DNA from: Mobula hypostoma
Lineage: Eukaryota
Direction of reading: 5' to 3'
Assembly: GCF_963921235.1 (NCBI RefSeq)
Contig: NC_086109.1
Location: 33,358,001 to 33,422,000, forward strand
Length of the DNA: 64,000 bases
The notes beneath the pieces are model-generated. The model did no database searches, was not told the origin of the DNA, and saw nothing but the letters and a program-made list of their open reading frames with translations. The translations under genes and the position numbers were made by a program. Numbering within the stretch: position 1 is the stretch's first letter; every line of letters begins with the position of its first letter. Below are positions 1 to 9,949 of this stretch, in pieces.

Positions 1-199
1 GCAATGTGCTGTAATGGTCAATAATCAATACTCACTTTGATTAGTGCCTTTTTATCTTTTATACTTAAGAGCAGATTTAAAGTGCATCCAAAAAATTTCA
101 AGACAATATTACTCCCTTGAGCTAAAATGTCAGCCTAATTTATAAACTAACATCTTTGGAATGGAACTGTGAGCCTGTATTCCGAATTTTAAAATAACA

Positions 200-830
200 C
201 ATGTGTCAGCTTGGGTTTATAGCACTGTTGCCTCTCTTGCTAGGCTACATGACTTGAGAGGCAGTATAACGCTTTCTCGTGGATGATGTTAAACTGAAGC
301 CCTGTCTACTCTCTTACGTGGACCTAAATATACTATTTCAAAGAACAGCGAGGAGTTATTTATAGGTCCTGGATAGGCGATCAACTATTACTGAATCAAA
401 AAAAAAGGCTGCTGGAAGAATTCAACCAGTCAGGCAGTGCCGATGGAAATGAGGGAGTAGCTGATATTTTTAGCTCAAGACTTGAGAATGCAAAGGAGAG
501 CAAGTCAATATAATGAGAAATGAGGGAAAGGGGTGAGGCTGGAGCTGGTAAGCAATAGGTGGATCAAGGGTAGGAGGGGTTGATTGGAAGATGTAGCCAG
601 TGGGAGGAGGGATATATAAAGGTTATGGTGGATGCCACAGATGGGGAAACAAAGGGAGAAGGTCTTGCAACCGTTGCAGAGAGGAAAGAAACTTTTACAA
701 AGGAGCATTACTCATTCAAGATGTCGTCTTGTCATATCCCTCTGCGGGAGATTGCTGTGTGCAAATTGGTTGATTTGTTGCAAATAATAAGAACTTTTTA
801 AAGTGATAATATTTAAATAGCCGTAAAATG
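200..830 (+). mobile_element. Degraded Deu-domain SINE (SacSINE1/AmnSINE1-like), interrupted by an old Penelope-like 3' fragment at ~400-690
   Basis: gatgatgttaaactgaagccctgtctactctc...ctatttcaaagaacagcgaggagtt (281-357) and gattgctgtgtgcaaattggttg (750-772) resemble the Deu-domain SINE body as I recall it; boundaries approximate. Confidence 0.5.
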
Positions 831-1416
831 ATAGATGTTGTGATCAAAAAGCACATTGGTTGCTATTGTTGTGCCGAATATAGAGGGTTCATTGTGTCAC
901 GCAGATAATTAGTACTTTGCAACACAAATATAGCTGCTGTATTTAAAATCCAATATCATTTGCTGTAATATGACTGGCATATTAAAACAAAGTAAACAAA
1001 AAAAACTCCATAGTTACAATCATATTAGTGTTGGGTGACAATGCAGGATGTAAATGGCAGTAAATAGAATGTAAGATTACATATGTTAAGTATTAAAATG
1101 TTTGTATTGACTTATTATAATTGTACACTCAAGTTGGTTGAAGGCTATTTTAAGGTACTAATACTGAAATATTAATTATTTATGGCTTGCAATTGAATTC
1201 GTTTTTCATAACTTTGAATATTCAGTTGAATATTGCAGAGAAAATTTAGGTTCTTTGCATTCTGTGTAGGGAAACGTAGGTACAGGTGGTTTTAGTGCAG
1301 TGACCTCACCAAAGGGTCTAATGAAGAGCTATTCGAGATAAATGCTTTTTCACAAAATGTACACAATAATTTCTCAGCTTCTGTCCTTCTGATGCACCTA
1401 GAGTGTATTTCACACA

Positions 1417-1621
1417 ACACACACAAAAAGCAGGAGGAACTCAACAGGCCAGGCAATATCCATGGAAAAGAGTACAGTTGATGTTTTGGGCTGACGAAGG
1501 GTTTCAGCCTGAAACATCGACTGCAGTCTTTTCCATGGATGCTGCCTGGCCTGCTGAGTTCCTCCAGCATTTTGTGTGTGTTACTTGGATTTCCAGCATT
1601 TGCAGATTTTCTCTTGTTTGT
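1417..1621. mobile_element. Short palindromic non-autonomous Penelope-like insertion (two inverted 3'-repeat arms, hammerhead remnant at centre)
   Basis: Arms ~1417-1490 and ~1507-1581 are reverse complements; CTGACGA (1491) ... GAAACATC; 16-bp TSD gagtgtatttcacaca at 1401-1416 and 1622-1637. Confidence 0.8.
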
Positions 1622-1910
1622 GAGTGTATTTCACACATTTGTTTCAGTATAACCTATTTCTTAAATGCTAAAAAAAATCTATACAATAGAAACAAGCTCA
1701 ACTGCATAAAACACTTATATTTGCATCAGGGCATAACAAAAAAAATTTATAGCTGCTATATAAATAAAATATTTACTTCATTAGTTTTCAAGTGAAGAAA
1801 CCTGGTGCTCTCTTAATTATCTGGTAAAGGCATAGAAATGGTTCGTGCAAGTGAATCACTGATGTTTTGCCTGCCACAATTTATTAAAATGCTGGCATGC
1901 TGTACAACTA

Positions 1911-2075
1911 GCCAGCTGTTGGTGTAGTGGCATCCGTACTGGACTTCGAGACAAGTGGTCACGGGTTCAGATCCAGCTGGCTCCTTGCATGCTTTCTATC
2001 CATGCTGGGTTGAGCGTTGAACTAGTAAAGAAAGACACAAACTGCTAAATGTCAAGGTTGCCACCCGATGTACCA
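1911..2075 (+). mobile_element. tRNA-derived SINE
   Basis: Pol III A-box-like TGGTGTAGTGG (1920-1930) and B-box-like GGTTCAGATCC (1964-1974), followed by a non-tRNA body. Confidence 0.55.
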
Positions 2076-2796
2076 CATGGTTATACAACAATGCTGTATA
2101 ACTAATGCAAGCACATATTTAACACTGCTTTGGGTGGATGTTATAATCCATTGTTCATATTCAGTTTTTACAGAACTAGAATCAGGTTTAATATCACTGA
2201 CATATTTGTGAACTTCGTTGTTTTGCGGTAGCAGTACAGTGCAATACGTAAAATCAAACTACAAGTTATAATAAGAAATGTACTATATATAAATGTATTC
2301 TGTATATTTAATTTTATATCTAATGTAAAATTAATTTAAGTAGGTAGTGCAAATAGGGTGCAAAATTAGTAAACAACAGGAATTCTGCAGATGCTGGAAA
2401 TTCAAGCAACGCACATCAAAGTCGCTGGTGAACGCAGCAGGCCAGGCAGCACCTCTAGGAAGAGGTGCAGTCGACGTTTCAGGCCGAGACTGAAGGAAGA
2501 GTGAGTAAGGGATTTGAAAGTTGGAGGGGGAGGGGGAGATCCAAAATGATAGGAGAAGACAGGAGAGGGAGGGATAGAGCCGAGAGCTGGACAGGTGATA
2601 GGCAAAAGGGGATACGAGAGGATCATGGGACAGGAGGTCCGGGAAGAAAGACAAGGCGGGGGGGGGGGAGACCCAGAGGATGGGCAAGAGGTATATTCAG
2701 AGGGTCAGAGGGAGAAAAAGGAGAGTGAGAGAAAGAATGTGTGCATAAAAATAAGTAACAGATGGGGTACGAGGGGGAGGTGGGGCCTGGAATCCG

Positions 2797-4104
2797 GGTC
2801 TCAAAGCTCTACGCTTCTTTTTGGATTCCAGACCTAATCAGTTCCCCTCTACCACCACTCGGCTCCGTCTAGCGGAATTAGTCCTTACTCTTAATAATTT
2901 CTCCTTTGGCTCCTCCCACTTCCTCCAAACTAAAGGTGTAGCTATGGGCACCCGTATGGGTCCTACCTTTTTGTTGGGTTTGTGGAACAATCTATGTTCC
3001 GTGCCTATTCTGGTATCTGTCCCCCACTTTTCCTTCGCTACATCGACGACTGCATTGGCGCTGCTTCCTGCACGCATGCAGAACTCGTTGACTTTATTAA
3101 CTTTGCCTCCAACTTTCACCCTGCCCTCAAGTTTACCTGGTCCATTTCCGACACCTCCCTCCCCTTTCTAGATCTTTCTGTCTCTGTCTCTGGAGACAGC
3201 TTATCCACTGATGTCTACTATAAGCCTACTGACTCTCACAGCTATCTGGACTATTCCTCTTCTCACCCTGTCTCTTGCAAAAACGCCATCCCCTTCTCGC
3301 AATTCCTCCATCTCCGCCGCATCTGCTCTCAGGATGAGGCTTTTCATTCTAGGACGAGGGAGATGTCTTCCTTTTTTAAAGAAAGGGGCTTCCCTTCCTC
3401 CACTATCAACTCTGCTCTTAAACGCATCTCCCCCATTTCACGTACATCTGCTCTCACTCCATCCTCTCGCCACCCCACTAGGAATAGGGTTCCCCTGGTC
3501 CTCACCTACCACCCCACCAGCCTCTGGGTCCAACATATTATTCTCCGTAATTTCCGCCACCTCCAACGGGATCCCACCACTAAGCACATCTTTCCCTCCC
3601 CCCCCCCCCGCATTCCGCAGGGATCGCTCCCTACGCAACTCCCTTGTCCATTCGTCCCCCCCATCCCTCCCCACTGATCTCCCTCCTGGCACTTATCCGT
3701 GTAAGCGGAACAAGTGCTACACATGCCCTTATACTTCCTCCCTTACCACCATTCAGGGCCCCAAACAGTCCTTCCAGGTGAGGCAACACTTCACCTGTGA
3801 GTCGACTGGGGTGATATACTGCGTCCGGTGCTCCCGATGTGGCCTTTTATATATTGGCGAGACCCGACGCAGACTGGGGGACCGCTTTGCTGAACATCTA
3901 CGCTCTGTCCGCCAGAGAAAGCAGGATCTCCCAGTGGCCACGCATTTTAATTCTACATCCCATTCCCATTCTGACATGTCTATCCACGGCCTCCTCTACT
4001 GTAAAGATGAAGCCACACTCAGGTTGGAGGAACAACACCTTATATTCCGTCTGGGTAGCCTCCAACCTGATGGCATGAACATCGACTTCTCTAACTTCCG
4101 CTAA
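2797..4104 (+). pseudogene. Frameshifted PLE RT/GIY-YIG coding remnant (ORF pieces 2821-3171, 2982-3677, 3211-4104)
   Basis: Near-identical to the coding region at 6650-7969, with a deletion at ~2964 and an altered C-run at ~3600 that shift the frame. Confidence 0.88.
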
Positions 4105-4394
4105 GGCCCCACCTCCCCCTCGTACCCCATCTGTCACTTATTTTTATACACACATTCTTTCTCTCACTCTCCTTTTTCTCCCTCTGTCCCTCTGAATATA
4201 CCTCTTGCCCATCCTCTGGGTCCCCCCCCCTTGTGTTTCTTCCCGGACCTCCTGTCCCATGATCCTCATATCCCCTTTTACCTATCACCTGTCCGGCTCT
4301 TGGCTCTATCCCTCCCCCTCCTGTCTTCTCCTATCATTTTGGATCTCCCCCTCCCCCTCCAACTTTCAAATCCCTTACTCACTCTTCCTTCAGT

Positions 4395-4432
4395 TAGTCC
4401 TGACGAAGGGTCTCGGCCTGAAACGTCGACTG
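4395..4432 (+). ncRNA. Minimal type-I hammerhead ribozyme (PLE-associated), intact core
   Basis: tagtc-CTGACGA-agg gtctcgg cct-GAAAC-GTC^gactg; stem I agtc/gact, stem II agg/cct, palindromic ACGT stem III. Confidence 0.8.
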
Positions 4433-4689
4433 CACCTCTTCCTACAGATGCTGCCTGGCCTGCTGCGTTCACCAGCAACTTTGATGTGTGTTGCAAAATT
4501 AGTAAGGTAGTGTTCATGGGTTGTTACATTGTCCATTCAAAAATCTGATGGTAGAGGGGAGGAGAGAGGAAGAGGAGCGGTTCCTAAAATGTTGAGTGTA
4601 TGTCTTCAGGCTCCTGTACCTCCTTCCTGATGGTAGTAACTAGAAGAAGCTATGTCCTGGGTGATGGGGGCCCTTAAGATGGAAGTTGC

Positions 4690-5678
4690 TTCGGCTATGA
4701 TTTATAATATTATTATGAAACTTAGGAAAGCTCCATTTGATAAGATTAGGGTAGATTGGGAACAGGAATTGGGGCTTACCATTTCTGTGGATGATTGGGG
4801 GCAGATTTTACAATTAGTTAATACTTCCTCTATTTGTGCTAAACATTCCCTAATTCAATTTAAAGTGGTTCATAGAGCACATATGTCCAAAGATAAGTTA
4901 GCGCGTTTTTACTCGCATATTAATCCTTTCTGTGATAGATGTTCGGGGCAGATAGCCTCTTTAACTCATATGTTTTGGTCTTGCCCTACTTTGGAAACTT
5001 TTTGGAGAGATATTTTCAATATTATTTCTAAGGTATTAAATATAGATATCTCTCCTCACCCTATTACTGCTATCTTTGGACTACCTAAAATTTCTAGTAA
5101 TCTTTCCCCTTCAGCCCGTAGAATGATTGCATTTCTTACTTTAATGGCGAAAAGATGTATTTTACAACATTGGAAAGAGCTTAATGCTCCAACTACCTTT
5201 TTTTGGTTTTCTCAGACGATTTTATGTTTGAATCTGGAGAAAATTAGAAGTAACCTTTATGATTCTTCATTTAAATTTGAACAGATTTGGGGACCTTTTA
5301 TTCGATATTTTCATTTAATGTAATATTTACCCTTCTTGTTTTTTTTTCACTGTTTTAATGGAGGTCGGGATTGAGGACGTGATTTTAAGTTTAACTCTGT
5401 TTGGTTTCAAGTTAGCCCATTGCTTTGCTTTGCTTTTAGTTAGTTGCACGGTGGGTTTTTTTTTTGGGGTTTTTTTTTCTTTTTTTCCATTGATATATAT
5501 AAAATCTAGTATACTATTATGTTATCTTGGTTTCTTATGCTTAAATTACATTGTTTGTAGTATTTTCTTTTTGGTATTGTTATCTTTTGGAATTTTATTA
5601 TACTTTAACATTGTATTAATGTTTATATGGCTTACCTTTTTTGTATACTTACTCAATAAAAAGATTTAAAAAGAAAGA
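4690..5678 (+). mobile_element. 5'-truncated L1/Tx1-clade LINE (ORF2 C-terminus to stop at 5323, T-rich 3' UTR, A-rich tail)
   Basis: CDRC-x7-THMFWSC zinc knuckle and terminal W-x-PF motif; AATAAA at 5655; 14-bp TSD aagatggaagttgc (4676-4689, 5679-5692) preceded by TT, as expected for an L1 endonuclease cut. Confidence 0.9.
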
Positions 5679-5911
5679 AAGATGGAAGTTGCCTTTTTGA
5701 GGCATTGTCTTTTGAAGATGTCCTTGATGTGGGGGTGGAGCTGGCAATAGTACTAGGTAAATATAATCAAAGAGAGAATGTAAATATCATCTTAAATACA
5801 AACAACAGGAATTCTGCAGATGGTCCCAGGATTCTCTCAGTAAGGGCCTCACCTTTGTCCCCCTTCGCCCACACCTCACTGAGTTCCGTGTTCGCCATGA
5901 TGCGGAACTTC

Positions 5912-7969
5912 CGCCGTCTCCGTCTCCGAGCCTACTTCTTCGGCAAGGACTCTTCCACCCCCACCGATGACCCCTTCTCCCGTCTTCAACCCTCCTCTTC
6001 TTCATGGACACCCCGCTCTGGTCTTCTGCCTGCTCTGGATCTCTTTATTGCCAACTGCCGACGGGACATCAACCGTCTCGACTTCACCGCACCTTGTCCC
6101 CATTCCAACCTCACTCCTTCGGAACTCTCTGCTCTCCACTCCCTCCGCACTAATCCTAACCTTATTATTAAACCCGCTGATAAGGGGGATGTTGTTGTAG
6201 TCTGGCGTACTGACCTCTACCTTGCCGAGGCACAGCGACAACTCGCGGATACCTCCTCTTATTTACCCCTCGATCGTGACCCCACTAAGAAGCACCAGGC
6301 CATTGTCTCCCACACTATCAACGACTTTATCCGCTCAGGGGATCTCCCATTCACTGCTACCAACCTTATAGTTCCTACACCCCGCACTTCCCGTTTCTAC
6401 CTCCTACCCAAGATCCACAAACCTGCCTGTCCTGGCCGACCTATTGTCTCAGCTTGCTCCTGCCCCACCGAACTCGTTTCTGCATACCTCAACACTGTTT
6501 TATCACCCCTTGTTCAATCCCTTCCGACCTATGTTCGTGACACTTCTCACGCTCTTAAACTTTTCGATGATTTTAAGTTCCCTGGCCCCCACCGCTTTAT
6601 TTTCACCATGGATGTCCAGTCCTTATATACTTCCATCCCCCATCAGGAAGGTCTCAAAGCTCTACGCTTCTTTTTGGATTCCAGACCTAATCAGTTCCCC
6701 CCTACCACCACTCTGCTCCGTCTAGCGGAATTAGTCCTTACTCTTAATAATTTCTCCTTTTGCTCCTCCCATTTCCTCCAAACTAAAGGTGCAGCTATGG
6801 GCACCCGTATGGGTCCTAGCTATGCCTGCCTTTTTGTTGGGTTTGTGGAACAATCTATGTTCCGTGCCTATTCTGGTATCTGTCCCCCACTTTTCCTTCG
6901 CTACATCGACGACTGCATTGGCGCTGCTTCCTGCACGCATGCAGAACTCGTTGACTTTATTAACTTTGCCTCCAACTTTCACCCTGTCCTCAAGTTTACC
7001 TGGTCCATTTCTGACACCTCCCTCCCCTTTCTAGATCTTTCTGTCTCTGTCTCTGGAGACAGCTTATCCACTAATGTCTACTATAAGCCTACTGACTCTC
7101 ACAGCTATCTGGACTATTCCTCTTCTCACCCTGTCTCTTGCAAAAACGCTATCCCCTTCTCGCAATTCCTCCATCTCCGCCGCATCTGCTCTCAGGATGA
7201 GGCTTTTCATTCTAGGACGAGGGAGATGTCTTCCTTTTTTAAAGAAAGGGGCTTCCCTTCCTCCACTATCAACTCTGCTCTTAAACGCATCTCCCCCATT
7301 TCACGTACATCTGCTCTCACTCCATCCTCCCGCCACCCCACTAGGAATAGGGTTCCCCTGGTCCTCACCTACCACCCCACCAGCCTCCGGGTCCAACATA
7401 TTATTCTCTGTAACTTCCGCCACCTCCAACGGGATCCCACCACTAAGCACATCTTTCCCTCCCCCCCCCTCTCTGCATTCTGCAGGGATCGCTCCCTACA
7501 CAACTCCCTTGTCCATTCGTCCCCCCCATCCCTCCCCACTGATCTCCCTCCTGGCACTTATCCGTGTAAGCGGAACAAGTGCTACACATGCCCTTATACT
7601 TCCTCCCTTACCACCATTCAGGGCCCCAAACAGTCCTTCCAGGTGAGGCATCACTTCACCTGTGAGTCGACTGGGGTGATATACTGCGTCCGGTGCTCCC
7701 GATGTGGCCTTTTATATATTGGTGAGACCCGATGCAGACTGGGAGACCGCGTTGCTGAACATGTATGCTCTGTCCACCAGAGAAAACAGGATCTCCCGGT
7801 GGCCACACATTTTAATTCCAGATCCCATTCCCATTCTGACATGTCTATCCACGGCCTCCTCTACTGTAAAGATGAAGCCACACTCAGGTTGGAGGAACAA
7901 CACCTTATATTCCGTCTGGGTAGCCTCCAACCTGATGGCATGAACATTGACTTCTCTAACTTCCATTAA
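5912..7969 (+). CDS. PLE reverse transcriptase - GIY-YIG endonuclease (open from ~5912; the upstream LSKGLTFVP motif at ~5835 is in another frame)
   Basis: IKPADKG, YLLPKIHK, GRPIVS, MDVQSLYTSIP, AMGTRMGPSYA, RYIDD, FLDL, CKRNKCYTC linker, GVIYC..YIGET, terminal GMN; part of track ORF 5705..7969. Confidence 0.9.
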   Translation, partial: RRLRLRAYFFGKDSSTPTDDPFSRLQPSSSSWTPRSGLLPALDLFIANCRRDINRLDFTAPCPHSNLTPSELSALHSLRTNPNLIIKPADKGDVVVVWRTDLYLAEAQRQLADTSSYLPLDRDPTKKHQAIVSHTINDFIRSGDLPFTATNLIVPTPRTSRFYLLPKIHKPACPGRPIVSACSCPTELVSAYLNTVLSPLVQSLPTYVRDTSHALKLFDDFKFPGPHRFIFTMDVQSLYTSIPHQEGLKALRFFLDSRPNQFPPTTTLLRLAELVLTLNNFSFCSSHFLQTKGAAMGTRMGPSYACLFVGFVEQSMFRAYSGICPPLFLRYIDDCIGAASCTHAELVDFINFASNFHPVLKFTWSISDTSLPFLDLSVSVSGDSLSTNVYYKPTDSHSYLDYSSSHPVSCKNAIPFSQFLHLRRICSQDEAFHSRTREMSSFFKERGFPSSTINSALKRISPISRTSALTPSSRHPTRNRVPLVLTYHPTSLRVQHIILCNFRHLQRDPTTKHIFPSPPLSAFCRDRSLHNSLVHSSPPSLPTDLPPGTYPCKRNKCYTCPYTSSLTTIQGPKQSFQVRHHFTCESTGVIYCVRCSRCGLLYIGETRCRLGDRVAEHVCSVHQRKQDLPVATHFNSRSHSHSDMSIHGLLYCKDEATLRLEEQHLIFRLGSLQPDGMNIDFSNFH

Positions 7970-8263
7970 TGCCCCACCTCCCCCTCGTACCCCATATGTT
8001 ACTCATTTTTATGCACACATTCTTTCTCTCACTCTCCTTTTTCTCCCTCTGTCCCTCTGAATATACCTCTTGCCCATCCTCTGGGTCACCCCCCCCCCCG
8101 TCTTTCTTGCCGGACCTCCTGTCCCATGATCCTCTCGTATCCCCTTTTGCCTATCACCTGTCCAGCTCTCGGCTCTATCCCTCCCCCTCCTGTCTTCTCC
8201 TATCATTTTGCATCTCCCCCTCCCCCTCCAGCTTTCAAATCCCTTACTCACTCTTCCTTCAGT

Positions 8264-8301
8264 TAGTCCTGACGAAGGGTCTCGGCCTGAAACGTCGACT
8301 G
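8264..8301 (+). ncRNA. Minimal hammerhead ribozyme, intact core
   Basis: tagtcCTGACGAagggtctcggcctGAAACGTCgactg. Confidence 0.8.
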
Positions 8302-8534
8302 CGCCTCTTCCTATAGATGCTGCTTGGCCTGCTGCGTTCACCAGCAACTTTGATCTATCATCTTAAATAAATTGATATATAAAATGATACAATTGCTACA
8401 TAGGTATCCTGCTGAACTTGACCATTTCCATTCCAAGATTACATTCCGTTGCAACTACTTCCCCAAATGCAGTATAAAATTTAGTAATTTAAATAATGTG
8501 TATCTTCAAGATGATTAATCGTTATTTTCCAGTC

Positions 8535-8737
8535 AGTGTGTACCTTCAGGCATCTATACCTTCTTCTTAATGGTAGCAATGTTGAGTGCATGTCTTCAGG
8601 CTTCTGTACCTCCTTCCTGATGGTAGTAATGAGAAGAAGGCCTAACCTGGGTGATGGGGGTCCTTAATGATGGATGCCACCTTTCTGAGACATCGCTCCT
8701 TGAAGATGTCCTGGATACTACGGACTCTAGTGCCCAT
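8535..8737 (-). mobile_element. Rex1/Babar LINE fragment
   Basis: gtcttcaggcttctgtacctccttcctgatggtag...atggatgccacctttctgag is shared with the other Rex1-type copies in the window. Confidence 0.6.
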
Positions 8738-9949
8738 TTATCTTAAAGTCTCAACCAAGCGCTTTAAATGGGTTGAGAGAAATTTTGCCACTAATGGAAA
8801 AAGTGAGAAAGACAAGTCTGGTGTAGGTGGAGAAAAAAAAGCATTGATGTGCAAAAAGCTGCTTATCTAAAAGTGTGGCATTTTGAAGAAATGTTTGTAT
8901 TTGTTAGATAGTGCAAGATTATCAGCTACTTGTTTTGCTCATTACAAGTACATTTGATTCTGCTCAAGAATCTCCACCCTCTCCTATCTGTATTTGTTCA
9001 GGCAAAACAGGAGGAGGGATATACAGTATGTGGCTAAGTCTACAACCAGATAAGTGCAGCTTTTCCAAATCAGCAGAGTAACAAAGCTGCTGTTTTCTCA
9101 GTTGTTACCTTAGTAACAATTATTGATATTCACTAATCTTTCAAATTAAAGAGTAAGTTTGAAGTAAAGAAGTTAAGAATTAATTAACTTTCCAATAGTC
9201 CCAATACTCCTGGATCTATCTAGCCAAAAGCAACATTTCAACAGTACCAGGCACAAGCATAAAATCTGATGCTGTTTGAAAAATTATGAATCTCACTGAT
9301 CCTATCATGTATCATGGGTAGTTATTTATTTTGGCCAGTAAGATACCCATCATTCAAATAAGAGTAGATTTTTTTAATACTATTGACCACCTACATAAAA
9401 TAATTTTAACTTAAATGCTTTGTGTAGGCTCACATCCTGCATGGAGCGAAGATTGCCTGCTGAGCAATGTAATTCATGCCATTTGTCATTCTATTGCTCA
9501 TTGATATATAAAAAACACCGGATTAAATATTATGAATAAAGCATTCAAAGTAATATTCATTCATTGATTCTAAGCCAAGAGAGGAAGTAAGAATTCTCTT
9601 TGGCAAAGAGAGTTTTTTTTTGCTCTTCTGAAATCCCACAGAAAACGAGCCTCTAGACACATTTCAGATTTCATTTAATGTCCACTTCCTGTACAGAGGC
9701 AAAAAAAATTATTGTTTGTGTCATAAAACATTCAGTGTTGAAATGAAATAATTTTTGTCTGAGTGACACAATCTGAAGTCCTGTTTCATCAGTCATTAGC
9801 TTTGAAAAGTTTTGATTACCTGAATGTGATTTTATGCATTTATTATTTATCCAGAGGTACTTTGATAATTTGTTTACAATAGAAGTTAAAGATGGTGTTA
9901 GATCAAACAAGAATTGTTTGTGTTGCAAAAGAAATAGATTGATGTTTGA

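Larger units (their letters stand above)
2371..4494 (+). mobile_element. Penelope-like element (Neptune-type) copy 1: inverted 3' arm (2371-2788) plus 5'-truncated sense body
   Basis: RT motifs QTKGVAMGTRMGP, RYIDD and FLDL; Cys linker CKRNKCYTC; GIY-YIG GVIYCVRC..LLYIGET; 14-bp flanking direct repeat tgcaaaattagtaa at 2359-2372 and 4492-4505. Confidence 0.92.
2178..5745 (-). mobile_element. Old Rex1/Babar-type LINE 3' end, split by a Penelope-like insertion and an L1 insertion (pieces 2178-2358, 4506-4675, 5693-5745)
   Basis: Starts agaatcaggtttaatatcactg, the reverse complement of the AATAAACCTGATTCT tail seen at 22451-22470; the pieces join into the same sequence found at 19600-19930 and 63151-63600. 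Confidence 0.7.
5799..8355 (+). mobile_element. Penelope-like element (Neptune-type) copy 2: short inverted tail (5799-5822) plus near-full-length body
   Basis: 14-bp TSD tatcatcttaaata at 5785-5798 and 8356-8369; contains the RT-EN ORF and the 3' repeat with hammerhead. Confidence 0.95.

Noticed and set aside
1911..1985. tRNA gene
   Set aside because: A and B boxes are present, but there is no convincing cloverleaf and a SINE-like body follows; called a SINE instead.
4652..4689. ATG start of the 223-aa ORF as a chimeric gene
   Set aside because: The ATG lies in the host Rex1 fragment upstream of the L1 TSD; a chance in-frame fusion.
5705..5911. N-terminus of the 754-aa ORF
   Set aside because: Read-through of Rex1 flank, TSD, inverted tail and an out-of-frame PLE segment; not a genuine start.
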